The position numbers and the translations under genes were made by a program. DNA of 64,000 bases, taken from assembly GCF_006345805.1 (NCBI RefSeq), contig NC_043006.1:94612001-94676000 (forward strand). Direction: 5' to 3'. The DNA comes from Octopus sinensis (Eukaryota). Below, piece by piece: positions 26,785-39,192 of this stretch. The notes under the pieces were generated by a model. That model did not search any database, was not told the DNA's origin, and saw only the letters and a program-made list of their open reading frames with translations. Within the stretch, counting starts at the first letter, position 1. Each line of letters begins with the position of its first letter.

Positions 26785-26880
<96 letters not shown>

Positions 26881-28381
26881 CTCTATCCATACTTGTCCCC
26901 ATTTTTCTTTGTATGTAAATGTGTTTGGTGCATGTTTGTGTATTGACGAACGCCTATTTTATATAGTATGTATGTGTGTCTTCCAACGGAACACTTCCTT
27001 ATCAGTTTTTCCATTAGAAATGCAGTGAAGGAGGGTTGGCCACTTGGAAACTCAACGATGCTATTGCTCACATATCGTGATATAATGTGTGTGTGTGTGT
27101 ATGTAAAGAAGCACTTTGAAATTGGTTTAGTCTGGATGTGAAGGTAATGACCTTTGTCTTCATGGACTCTCTAAACTACAGAGAATTGTTCTGTCAATGT
27201 CTCGCTTAAGCTATAGTAAATCGACTGCAAATCCAGTGGGCTGAAGTTCTGGCAGTCTCGTAAACACATGTGGATTAATTTGACTCTGATTTTTGTCTCT
27301 GCTTTATATCATCCACACGTTTCTTTCTCTCCTTTTCTTTTCAAAGAAGGACACATATTTCGAAAACGTCAAACATTTCTTCAACTCATTCAACGTCGAA
27401 TTATTGTCGTAGTTATTCGTAGTCCGTGTTGTTATTCTATATTTCGATTTATACATCGCCACAACACACACAACACGCGAACAGAAATGTTTGTATTTAC
27501 ACCGATTTACCCGCTGGATTACCAACGTGGATTACATCGGATCAATTTTATTGTATGAAACGTAAACATCTGTATATAAGTACATACACACTCACACAAA
27601 CATGCGCTCAGTATCAACAGATATATTGATAGTAATTGCGTAATATTGTATCTGCTGAGAAGTGATGTATATATGTATATATTTATAATTGATATAAGAT
27701 AAAAATTTTTTCGGGAAAAAAATTTATCAATGGCCAGCATATCAAAAAATGCCTTTAAAGGTATATGTATATATTTATATATAAAACATCATTATTATGT
27801 AACTATTAGTAAGTTCTTTGATATTGAAATTCTTTTAGGAATAAGAATAACTCATGTATATTTAATACAGTATACCATCCTTTTCATATATATTTGAAAT
27901 ATATAATGACTCTAAAATATACGCAAGTTGCTATCAAGCTGTCTATGTATATTCGCTATATTTTAATATATGCCTACATATGTATGCATGAATTTCATAA
28001 TACAATTTTATTTCAATGTTTCTTAACAATTGAGAAAGATCCGGTTTCCAAACTAGATGAGTCATCTTCATTGGAATTTTTCCAACACCAACGGGGTATT
28101 TTTGCATGTATGTATATGCGCAGAATTTTCAGTCAGCGCTTGTGCAAATGTGTATGTTTGGTTTTTATGTATTCTCATACATATACTGGCATGTCTAGAC
28201 ATGCGCATATATACACATTTTTAAAATTCCACTGATGGATTGGATCTGTAGTCTTTGGATCAGATTTCTCCTTTCTAGTTTTAAGTAGATTAATTTCTCA
28301 AGGCTGGTACTTAGGCAGTGTGTTACATATTCCATTGCCCCATTACTTACAGGTGTAAACTTGAACTAGTAATCCGGGTAG

Positions 28382-29004
28382 AGTATCCTCAGCCCTCGGA
28401 CGGCCAAGGCATCGGCTGCTAGGGCTAGAAGGGCACGCGAGCCCCACGAGGAAACCGCCTTGCAAAAAGCTTCCCGTTCTGCCGCTGCTCAGGCATCTGA
28501 AACTACTAGTGACCGTTCTACCCGATTTACGAGGGCCGCAGCGTACAGATCTTCCCTCCGTTCGAGGTTGACGAAAGAGCAACAGTCCAGCCAAAACATG
28601 CAGGCTTCTTCCTGTGCTTCCATCCGCAGAGCTCATGAGAACCCCGAACAAAGGGCCATTCGGAATGTGACTAACGCCGCTAGCACCGCCATGACACGAT
28701 TTGTCGAAACCCCACAGCAGAGAAGAACTCGCCAAGCTGCTGACGCCGCAAAAACAGCCATGGCCCGATCTGCCGAAACACCTCAACAGAAGAGAGCTCG
28801 CCAAGCTGCTGACACTGCAAACACAGCCCCGGCTCGATCTGCCGAAACACTTCAACAGAGGGGAGCTCGCCAAGCTGCTAACGCCGCAAACACAGCCATG
28901 GTTAGATCTGCCGAAACTCCAGACCAACGAACTATTCGGACATCCAGAGATGCTGATCGACAAAGTTTCTTACATACTCGGGCAACGCCGGGCTATGCTG
29001 CTAG
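28382..29004 (+). mobile_element. internally deleted Helitron: RepHel N-terminal ET-repeat region fused to the 3' terminus
   Basis: The frame is open from 28382 ([20 protein letters not shown]...) and carries about 5 repeats of 23 aa ([23 protein letters not shown]). It is followed directly by hairpin CTCGGGCAACGCCGGG and CTAG|T. The 5' end was not located. Confidence 0.75.
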
Positions 29005-29073
29005 TATATATATATATATGTATGTATATATACATATGAAATCTCTCGGTCTCTCCATATATATATATATGTG

Positions 29074-29138
<65 letters not shown>

Positions 29139-29174
29139 TAGATATATATATATACATATATAGATATATATATA

Positions 29175-29220
<46 letters not shown>

Positions 29221-29435
29221 TTAAAGGAAATAGAGAAATACAATTGATATATAAAATAATTAACATTATAATATTAGTTATACTAATAATTAAAACAAAT
29301 ATATATCCTACAATTTGTTTCGATTCATATCCACTAGTTAATTTATATAAAAAAATGATATTTATGCATATGAGTCTCGTCAGGTTAATATTTGTCTAAA
29401 AAATGGACAAAAATTTCATGCAAGGCCTTAAAATG

Positions 29436-29720
29436 TTAATCGCTCGCACTAGAATCGCGCACATCATCACTTGTAGACACAATCGCCAATTCACAGGCAC
29501 CCGTAGACGGTCTTGTAGGTTTCTTTCTAAAAAACAAGTCTAGAGTTGTTTGCTTAAAATACGCTCTTTTTTCGCTCCCTGTAATTTTACGGTAATACGC
29601 AGAAGCATTTGTTATGGAAGTAGAAGCTTTCGCACTTGAAACATTTCCAAGGGTGTTTAACCATTTTATATTTTGTTTTGGTGAATGAATATACAATAAG
29701 TCCACAACTAAATTAAGACA
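29436..29720 (-). mobile_element. Tigger/pogo-like transposase C-terminal remnant
   Basis: NASAYYRKI...FKQTTLDLFFRKK resembles the conserved Y..I...KQT.LD.FF tail of Tigger-type transposases. Confidence 0.5.
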
Positions 29721-29883
29721 TCATAACAGTGGGGATAAGGATTCAAACTACACGCGAAAGTGGTGAAAAAGGTTCTAATTTTCTCGAACCTCACAAGCGT
29801 GGGGGCGAGGTTACGAATTTCGCACAGCGAAAAATAATATAAATCAGCCCTATTCATCATAGTGAGGCGTTCAAATTCTTATC

Positions 29884-30560
29884 ATGGAAGAACTGTTAGC
29901 CTCCGTGGTACAGCAACAACAACAGTTGCAACAGCTACTTCTACAGAAGCATGAAGAACAACAGAAGCAGCAGCAACAACAACAACAGCAATCTCAGCAG
30001 TTGTTACAATTAGTGCGGCAGTTGAAGGACACGTCAGGCTCGTTTTCGGCAGATGGAGTTGCTAATTCGATTGAGGAATTTGTTTACAATCCTGAAGAAG
30101 GTATGAGGAAATATTTGAGGAAGAATGTAAAAGTTGGACAAATGAAAAGAAGGTAGGGCTTCTTTTACGAAAACTAGCACCGGCAGAACACGAAAAATAT
30201 TGTAATTTTATCTTTCCAAAGAAACCGCCAGAAATTTGTTTCGAGAAAATAATTAACCTATTAGCGAAGATATTCAGCGAAAGGAGTTCATTATTTAACA
30301 TTCGCTGGGAATGCTTGAATTTGAGATAGAATGAAATAGATGACTTTGTTACGTAGGCAGGTATCGTAAACAAAGAATGTGAAAAACTCAAGCTAAGCGA
30401 GTCGACTATAGACATGTTCAAATGCTTAATCTTCGTAAAATTATTAAATGCAAATAAAGATGGGGAAATACGAGCTCAAATATTAAGAAAATTACTGCAA
30501 GTTACTAAATTAACTTTACAAACAGTGGCGGAAGAATACCAAAGGATAATTAATGAATAA
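29884..30560 (+). mobile_element. Ty3/Gypsy gag fragment (pseudogenised)
   Basis: Poly-Q N-terminus, then FSADGVANSIEEFVYNPEEG...LLLRKLAPAEHEKY...IFSERSSLFNIRWECLNL...DMFKCLIFV...LTLQTVAEEYQRI. Contains a frameshift and stops. No LTR or pol was seen. Confidence 0.75.
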
Positions 30561-30564
30561 CAAG

Positions 30565-30995
30565 ACACAATGGATGGTGAGCAGGTGTGGTCACTGATTG
30601 TGAAGATCTTCCTCCCAGTTAACCTCCCTTCGGGATTTAGGTCCATGGATCAGGCGAAGACCTAGGCTGGGTGATTGGCAATTGGAGTGTCGACAGGCAC
30701 TCGGACTTCTCTCTCGGGCAGGCAATGCTGGCAATTGGATTTCCTCTGCAGATTTTTATAATGAGTTAGTGGAATACATGTCCGACGATGTCCTGGGGGA
30801 GACTCTGGGCTTCAAAAGAAATGAGTTGGTCAAACTGTTCGGGAGGACTTTCGGGCTGGGGTATCTGGAGGATTACCAGAAATCTGGAGGGTTACCAGAA
30901 ATCCCTGGCCTGGTTGTGCCATCGATCGGCTTTACTTGTTCGAGACAGGTTGTCGAGGCACGGTAGTGCCATTTCGCCGATATGCCCGAGGTGAT
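30565..30995 (+). mobile_element. Tx1/L1-like ORF2 fragment upstream of the C-terminal zinc finger
   Basis: FYNELVE...LFGRTFG...YQKSLAWLCHRSALLVRDRLSRHGSAISPICPR. A 19-bp internal duplication shifts the frame. Confidence 0.7.
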
Positions 30996-31882
30996 TTAAT
31001 TCCTACATCGGGTGGTGCGTTGAGTTCAAGAGCAAAGCACTTCATGGCATGTCATTCTGCTGTTACTTCGACACCCGATGCATTGTACCCCGTGCATGTG
31101 TACCGTACTGTGGGACTGAACTGAAAACAAAGCGATCTTTGGGCCGATATAGATATAGCTCTGTGCGTTTGTTTGCGCGCGCGCGTGTTTGTGTGCGTGC
31201 GTATGTACCCGAGAGTACAGACGTAAAACTTATTCAATAGATGGAGATGAGATAATTTTTTCGTTTAAATCTCACCGTTTGTTTGTCTGTTTGTTTTGAG
31301 TTTGTTTCAGGTAACAAAGTTATTCGTATTCCTCTTTTTATCTATACAAACACAGCAAACTCGTAGAACTTGCAACAACAACGAAATGATCCAACAGCTT
31401 TTAAACGAATACATATAATTTCATCAATGTCTGGATGTATAAATATGGCGGCAGCCAACACAAGAATACTTAATAAATTTCTTGCTATTGATTAAAACAT
31501 GATACATTTTCAAAATAGGTATTCCTTTCTCATGCGTTTGTTTTAAGCATTTTTCTTCTACTCTAGCCGTAAGTAAATGGATATCCATTAAGAGATTTAG
31601 CCAAGTTCTATTATTTCTGTATATTTTTATTTCACCACTGTTAATAATGGATATTTTGCATTGACAATTGTAAATACCAAAATTTCATATTTCTTAACTC
31701 TGCTACATATTTGAAATTGCTTTTAAATTTCAGGCCATTACAATATTACAGAATACGTTTTACTTTGTCCATAACTCTAAAACTTTATCGCTGTTGTTGT
31801 TGCTGTTGTTGATGATAAATATTATTTTTATACAACCAACAACAACAACACTTATTATTATTATTATTATTATTATTGTTAT

Positions 31883-31981
<99 letters not shown>

Positions 31982-32076
31982 CATACATATATATATATTA
32001 TTATACATACACCACACACACACCACACACACACACACCACACACACATATATATATATATTTATATATAAGTGAG

Positions 32077-32190
32077 TGAAGGCGCATGGCTGAGTGGTTA
32101 GAGTGTCGAGCTTACGATCGTGAGGTTGTGAGCTCGAATCTTGGACCGGAATGCGTGTTGTGTTCTTGAGCAAGACTCTTATTTCCCGTT
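32077..32190 (+). mobile_element. tRNA-derived SINE head
   Basis: GGCGCATGGCTGAGTGGTTAGAG...GAGCTCGAATC...GTTCTTGAGCAAGAC. Confidence 0.7.
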
Positions 32191-32339
32191 GAACCCAGGG
32201 CCATGTGGTTGGTAAACCAACCTACTTACCACGGCGTGGAAGGTGTTTATAAATCATTTAAAAGCACACAAAAACTGTTAGATTCACTTCAACATTTAAA
32301 TTTAATTTTCCAAAATATTTTCAGTTTTTTCATTACCTA

Positions 32340-32840
32340 TTAACAGGTGTACATCAAAATCTTTAAGACAAATACAACACATACACACAATACACAACGA
32401 GACACAGCATAAATCGGGGAACTAAAAATAAAAATAGGTATTTGAGTAAAAAAGTAAAACCAAAAGAAACGAATGAATTATGAAAAAGATGATACAATGA
32501 TGTGGAATGCCCACTCGAACCCCGAAGTCGAGTGGTTACATTTAGACAGTTTTTTTCTCTTCTTTTTTTCTCATTCTTTTTCACAACACATTCTCGACCG
32601 TTTTTCCTCGTTTTTTTTTCCTCATTCTTTTTTTCACAACACATACCCGAACAAAAATTCACAATTTTCTTCTTAACAGAAATAGTTCACATTTTTCCAC
32701 CAAAATGTTTGTTCCAAATTTATTACCCTTCTCTTGAAATTTTCTAGCCTTGTATACTCCACAACAGGAGGCCTTCCATTATAGTACACAGGACCATACA
32801 TTCCTGCCATAAACTCTCTGTAATGTCTCCACAGTTCGTT
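32340..32840 (-). mobile_element. probable retroposon 3' end (unknown ORF C-terminus plus structured 3'UTR)
   Basis: Non-repetitive peptide ELWRHYREFMAGMYGPVYYNGRPPVVEY...NYFC ending at 32673, then an A-rich/T-rich UTR with a GC hairpin at 32511-32535. Confidence 0.35.
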
Positions 32841-32889
32841 GCTCGCTGACTCACTCACTATCACACACCTATCACTCACTATCACACAA

Positions 32890-33006
32890 GAGAAACCGAT
32901 AGAATAAGTATTAGGCTTACAAAGAATAAGCTCTGGTGTCCAATTGCTCGAATAAAGGCGGTGCTCCAGCATAGCCACAATAAAATGATTGAAACAAGTA
33001 AAAGAA
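32890..33006 (+). mobile_element. SINE family II tail
   Basis: ACCGATAGAATAAGTATTAGGCTTACAAAGAATAAG...GGCGGTGCTCCAGCAT. Confidence 0.8.
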
Positions 33007-33012
33007 TTTCTA

Positions 33013-33032
33013 TCTATCTATATACCTATATA

Positions 33033-33063
<31 letters not shown>

Positions 33064-33876
33064 CTCAACTTGTGTGTCTGTGTGTGTATCTGTGTGTGTG
33101 TCGGTGTGTTTAACTTCCCGGTACATCTCCTCCTTGCCAACAAATCATAGAACCACCAAAAATGGGTCACTTAAAGTTTAGGCAAACGAAAATTGAACTG
33201 CGCTATTTCTGCTCCGAAATTCATCTCACAAGTGCAAAAATCGATAATGTGTTTGTTTAGGCCTTATACCATGCATTGAATAGTGAACTTTACTCAGTCA
33301 ACTGTTTGACGTGAACTGTGTTCACCACGCGTGCAAACATGCATAAATTGCATGAAAAATATAAAAATCAAGATATAAAAACGAATCGCCATAAACATTG
33401 TAGAAATTCGGCAAAGAAATGAATTTTCGGGATGTAGCCTGGAGGGTTTTTTGTATTAATCTTTGTGAACACATACCAATTGTTTTCATAACATTTTTAA
33501 CGCTTTGAATTAAATGCGACCATTTTGCGTTGAGTCTGCAGTTTGAATCACTTTAACCAAATTTTAGCCGACCAGATTTTTGAACATCACGATACATCGC
33601 CAGCGACTCCCTGAAACTCTCCCCTGAAATCCCCGTTGAGAAATACTGATCTAAAAAAATAATTCAACAATGCAATTATTTGATCAACAAAAATTTATGA
33701 AACGCTTCTACGTACTTCCTGTTGAGGAAATGGAACACATAAGCGCAAAAATAGAGGGCATTAAATGCTTGATTTTAAAACCAAAATAATTGAATTTTGA
33801 TTGAACTTCATCCAAGTTTAGCTTAATTCGCGCGTGCATAGAACGCACGAGCGCACGAGCCGGGCAATACTGCTAG
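33013..33876 (+). mobile_element. non-autonomous Helitron
   Basis: 5' end A|TCTAT...(TA)nAAAACTCAAC; 3' end GAGCCGGGCAATACTGCTAG|T, the same terminus type as 2813 and 29004. Confidence 0.7.
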
Positions 33877-34162
33877 TATATATATATATATATATTTAAA
33901 TAATGAGGGAGATAAATTAATATTAATTTTAATATCAATTTAAAACCAGTAGTCCAGCATTCAAAAAATCTGAGAAGTCAGAGAAAATTCTAATATATGT
34001 GTATATTGGCAGGGCTGGCCAGCTAGGTAGCCGGCCGAATGCTAGAAACAGATCATCAACGATCAAACTACAAGGGAAATTCTCTAGAGGAAAAATTCAG
34101 CGAACACCAGAACCAAATTTGGCGGGCAGGACATATGAAAATTTATATAAAAAACAGACTTA

Positions 34163-34239
34163 AATGCATACCTCGGTTTCGGCCTTTAACAAAAGAATTA
34201 CTTACATAATTCAAATGTCCGTGACGTCAACAGTGCATT
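34163..34239 (-). ncRNA. hammerhead-like motif with variant core and long stem II insert, in a PLE-like remnant
   Basis: AAUGCA-CUGUUGA-...GGCC-GAAA-CCGAGG-UA^UGCAUU, with a perfect 6-bp stem I. Confidence 0.55.
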
Positions 34240-34344
34240 CGGTCATCGTAAATGCAAACTGAAAAACTAACCCCAGCTCTCTGTGTCAAGACAGACACGT
34301 GTTTAATTTTACCGATTACATCGGGGATAAAATTTCAAATGTCT

Positions 34345-34376
<32 letters not shown>

Positions 34377-34559
34377 ATATATATATGCATACGTTTATAT
34401 AAATACACATCATAACTACATATATGTGTCTTTGTGTCTATGGTTGTCCCGCACCACTTGATAACTGGTTCAGATTGTTTACGCCTCGTTATCTTGCGGA
34501 TGGTCAAAAGAGAGCGACAGAATATGTGAAACGCTTAAAGTACTGGGGCCATTTAGAAA

Positions 34560-35060
34560 TTGGGGAGCTTAGCCGGTTCGCGTAAGACTGCAGAAATGTA
34601 AATGCAGTCCGCTGTGCCTGTGCGAGATGCGCATCGAGAGATGAAACTCCTGCAAGCACTCGTCTAGTGCCCGAGCATTACTGAGGTATGGTGTTTTGTC
34701 GAACACGTGCTGTCGCTATGGGACGGATTCGGCTATCAACTGAATCTACTGAGTCAATCATCCCGCCGTCTACCTTTAACCGCAAATGATAGGCAGTATT
34801 TATCTGTCTGATGGCCTAAATGAAAGAGGCTTGGCGGACCATATTGAAAGAACCGTCAACACACTCCTTTTGCCAAGCTCTTCTGAACTTTTTCAAATCT
34901 CACTTGAAAATGAAAATGAAAGTAGAGAAGGAAATTCTGCTTTCTAGCAAATTTGTTGGAAGTTTGGTGTATGTGGCAAGGATGGTCCAAAGGAATGAAC
35001 TTACTGGGAGTATGAGCCTGCCGATTGACGGAGAGCTTGATCGCGCAAACGGTCAGGGAA
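34560..35060 (+). mobile_element. Tx1/L1-like ORF2 C-terminus (zinc finger) and start of the 3'UTR
   Basis: CARCASRDET...CPSITEVWCFVEHVLS...MKEAWRTILK...LLNFFKSHLKMKMKVEKE...YVARMV. Contains frameshifts. Confidence 0.7.
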
Positions 35061-35345
35061 TTGATAAATATCATTAGAGATCAAACTTTAACTCACTGTG
35101 AAAGACAGCTTAAAAGCTTGAAAAAGTTATTAACAGAGGCAAGGTTTGACCTTAGCAAAAAAAGATCAACCATTCAATTAATTCATACCGGCCAATATAT
35201 GAAGACAAAAACCGGGAAAATATTCACAAACGCGAACATGAACTGCAAAAGCAGAAATTTAATCTACTGTATCAAATGCCCAAATTGTGAAGAACTCTAT
35301 GTTGGCCAGACAGGTAATGCACTATCAGAACGCTCGCGTGTGCAT
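35055..35345 (+). mobile_element. internal fragment of Penelope GIY-YIG region
   Basis: Nearly identical to ~42505-42808 (CKSRNLIYCIKCPNCEELYVGQT). Truncated at both ends. Confidence 0.9.
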
Positions 35346-35519
35346 CGACAACAAATTATATCTTCCTTCATTTTTTTTGGTGGGGGATTATTTCTTGTTT
35401 GAACTTTTTGTGCCTTTGTTTTTTTTGTTATTTAAATGTTTACACGTTTTTATGAAACACCAGATTGTATACTATCTTTTTGTAAACATACATTAGTTGC
35501 AAAAACATCATTATTATAA

Positions 35520-35635
35520 GGTGTAGGCGTATCTGTAAGGCAAGAAGTTTGCTTCTCAACCACTTTGGACAAGTGTGAAGCCGGGCAAAGCCTTGCGAAT
35601 GGATTTGGTTGTTGGAAACTCAAAGAAGACAGTCG

Positions 35636-35679
<44 letters not shown>

Positions 35680-35692
35680 GACACAGACACAG

Positions 35693-35726
<34 letters not shown>

Positions 35727-35940
35727 GTGTGGGTGTATGTGTTTGTCTTCCATCACTGTTTGACAACCGGTGTTGATGAGTTTATGTTCTCGTAACTTAG
35801 CGGTTCGGCAAAGCAGATCGGTAGTATAAGTACCAGGTTTCAAAAGAAAAAAATTAGTGGGAACGACTCATTCGACTAAATTCTTTAAGGCGGTGGCCCA
35901 GAATGGCGGCAGTCATGAAATGAGTGAAAGATAAAAGATA
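35520..35940 (+). mobile_element. SINE family II copy
   Basis: Head GGTGTAGGCG...TTTGCTTCTCAACCAC, an internal microsatellite, and tail TTGACAACCGG...GGCGGTGGCCCAGAATGG. Confidence 0.8.
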
Positions 35941-36079
35941 TCGGAAGTTAAGATCGCCAGATGGCGCTCTAGTGTTTTACCAGTCAACAAGATTGGAACT
36001 CATCAAAGGAATGTCTCTAATTACCAAAAAGACAATTTGTTCGTCACTCTGACCATTCTGCCACAGACTATTGTACAGC

Positions 36080-36366
36080 TATATAGTGAAAGCTAATAAT
36101 CGTTGGGTCATGAGTTCGATTCCCAGCGGAGGGTAGTGTCCTTAATCGAGAGACTTTAGTTCACATTGCTCCAGTCCACCCAGCTGGCAAAAAAGAGTTG
36201 TAACAGTAATTCACATTATGTGTCAAACTGAACCTCACTAAGACTTCTCAGAAGGCACATGTGACTGTGGAATACTCAGCCACTTGCACTTTAATTTCAC
36301 AAGCAGGCTGCTCTGTTGATCAGATCAAATAGAAGATTCGTCGTTGCAACCGACGGAGTACCACTT
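36080..36366 (+). mobile_element. SINE family IV copy
   Basis: GAGTTCGATTCCC head; tail shared with 11290-11590. Confidence 0.65.
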
Positions 36367-36971
36367 ATAGCTATACAACACCGACAATCTTCATCTACTT
36401 TAACTGCACCCAATTTTTCAAATTCAATGAAGACAATTTTTTTTTGTTTTTCCATTTATCTCCCCTGTACAATTTAGCCCAATCTAGAAATATTTATACA
36501 TTAATAGTTTGCCGACCTCCATTCCCAAAATGTTGTGGCCTGCAAAAGATTGATAATGATGGTGAAGTGGCATTATTTGCCAACTTAATATTTAATAACA
36601 ATGTCTCGGCTCCGTCAGTTTTACACTGTGAGTTCCGTTAGTTATATAACAGACAGGCTTTGGCAACAATATTGATTGTCACTTGGTGCTTTTCAGCTTC
36701 AATTTATGTTGCATATCGATACAATTTGTTCTCGTTCTTTTTTGATTTAGGAGCGGATTTTATATTGTCCAACGAATATTATTACCTGCTCTGGGAATAA
36801 ACGGTCACTATGCACGTATGTATGTATGTATGTATGTATGTATGTATGTATGTATGTATGTATGTATGTATGTATGTATGATGTATGTATATATATGTAT
36901 ATATTTATATTTATATGTATATATTTATATTTATATATGTATATATTTATATTTATATATATGTATATATT

Positions 36972-37017
<46 letters not shown>

Positions 37018-37111
37018 ATATATATATATATATGTATCTCTTTATATTTATATATATGTATATATTTATATATATATGTATATATATGTATTTATATATA
37101 TGTTATATATT

Positions 37112-37151
<40 letters not shown>

Positions 37152-37393
37152 TTATATTTATATATAATATATATATATGTATATATATATGTCTCTCTCT
37201 CTCTATATATATATACATACAGAGAGATAGACAGACAGACAGATTTGTATATGTATATATGGTTACATGCATGTATATATATATTCATATTCTGACGTGA
37301 TAAATTTCCTCTTCTTTTTACGGACAGTGCAATTTGCATTTACTGTCTCTTACCTGAATGATGTATGCACACGCACACACACACACACACAAT

Positions 37394-37425
<32 letters not shown>

Positions 37426-37924
37426 ATCAAATACACACACATGCATGCAGATACACATTCTCAGCAAGCATCCTACGAGTAACATGAAGTCGTCTGTTAA
37501 AACTTTTGGAAAGTCGTCTATTTCTCACATTAGGCGAGGGCTATAATACAACTTGTACCTCTCCTACATTTCCTTATATCCAATCTTGTCAGATTCTGGC
37601 CAGGACGGCATTTAAATAACCAAAATCTATTAGTTATACCTGCATATTTTGTCAGTCTTTTGTTCCAGAATATTTGCGTTCTGCGCCGTTGTAGCTTCCT
37701 TATATTTCGAACTGCAGCTGTTTTGTGTAGAAAATAGTTTATTTTTCACGTACGCTTTCAAGAATTTATAGAATCGTGTTACCTTTTGTCCCCTCCTCGA
37801 TTCGTCTTGTCTCCCTGTCAAGAAAACAATGTAAAAGAAATTAAACCATTTGTTCAAATCTAATTGACTTATCGCATCATCCAATTTCTTAGATTTCCAC
37901 CCAAATTACAAATACTTATTATAG

Positions 37925-38620
37925 CTGCATATGTTCGGTCTTTACGATTTGAACACAAGTTCCGCCGAGGTCGACTTTGACTTTCATCCTTTCGATAAAT
38001 TAAGTACCAGTTGCGTACTGAGGTCGATCTAATCGACTGGCCTCCTCCTTCAAAATGTCGGGCCTTGTGTATAGAGTAGAAAAGATTATAATTATGATTA
38101 CTATTATTGGAAAGCGGCAAGCTGGCAAAATCGTTAGCAGACCGGGCGAAATGCTTAGTGGTATTTCGTCTGCTGCTAGGTTTTGAGTTCAAATTCCGTC
38201 GAGGTCGACTTTGTCTCTCATCCTTTCAGGTTCGATGAGACCAGTACTAGTTGAACACTGGGGTCGATGTAATCGCACCATCCCCTCCCCCCAAATTTCT
38301 GCCCGTGTGGCAAAATTTGAAACCATTATTATTATTATTATTAAGGTGGCGAGGTGGCAGAGTTGTTAGCACGCCGGGGGAAATGCTTAGCCATATTTCG
38401 TCTGTCGCTATGTTCTGAGTTCAAATTCCGCCGACGTCGACTTTGCCGTTTATCATTTTGAGGTCGGTGAAATAAGTACCAGTGGCTGTATGGGAAGATG
38501 TTTGCTTCCCAACCACATGGTTCGGTATTCAGTCTCCTACTAAAGTCTAGTGCCGATCTAAGCCTTGTGTGTGGATTTGATAGACGGAAAGTGGAAGAAG
38601 CCCAAGTGTATATGTGTATG

Positions 38621-38655
<35 letters not shown>

Positions 38656-38830
38656 GTGTGGGGGCGTTTGTATGAGTGTGTGTATTTGTGTGTTTGTCCT
38701 TCTCCACTGACTGACAACTAGTGTGAGTGTGTTTATGCACGCGCATATTAGCGATTCAGCAAAGAAACCGATAGAATAAATACGTACCAGGCTCACAAAT
38801 ATTAGTAATGGGGTCTGTTCAATCGACCAG
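37925..38830 (+). mobile_element. cluster of four SINEs: three family I (37925-38090, 38110-38335, 38344-38482) and one family II (38482-38830)
   Basis: Repeated GTTCAAATTCCGCCGAGGTCGACTTTG motifs, then an AGTGGCTGT...GCTTCCCAACCACATGG head. Confidence 0.8.
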
Positions 38831-38996
38831 AAGTTGAAGCACCAGAATTTAGTACGGTATTATCCATATAATTTCAAAGTAGGGCGATTAAAATCAAAAT
38901 AAGCAACAGAGATATCCAGAGGTAATGCAGTACGATCGTTTCATGCAGCTGAATACAGTACGTACGAGAGACAGACAGAGAGAGGCAAGGATATAT

Positions 38997-39027
<31 letters not shown>

Positions 39028-39192
39028 GTGCGCGCGCGCGCGCGCGTGTGTGTATAAAGGTGTGTATATCTATATTTATCTATCTATATATAGAGAGATT
39101 TTAAATTGATGTAATGATTGCATTGTTCAATTAAATGGACTTGCATGAAACGATCGTACTGCATTACCTCTGGAAATCTTTGTTGCTTATTT

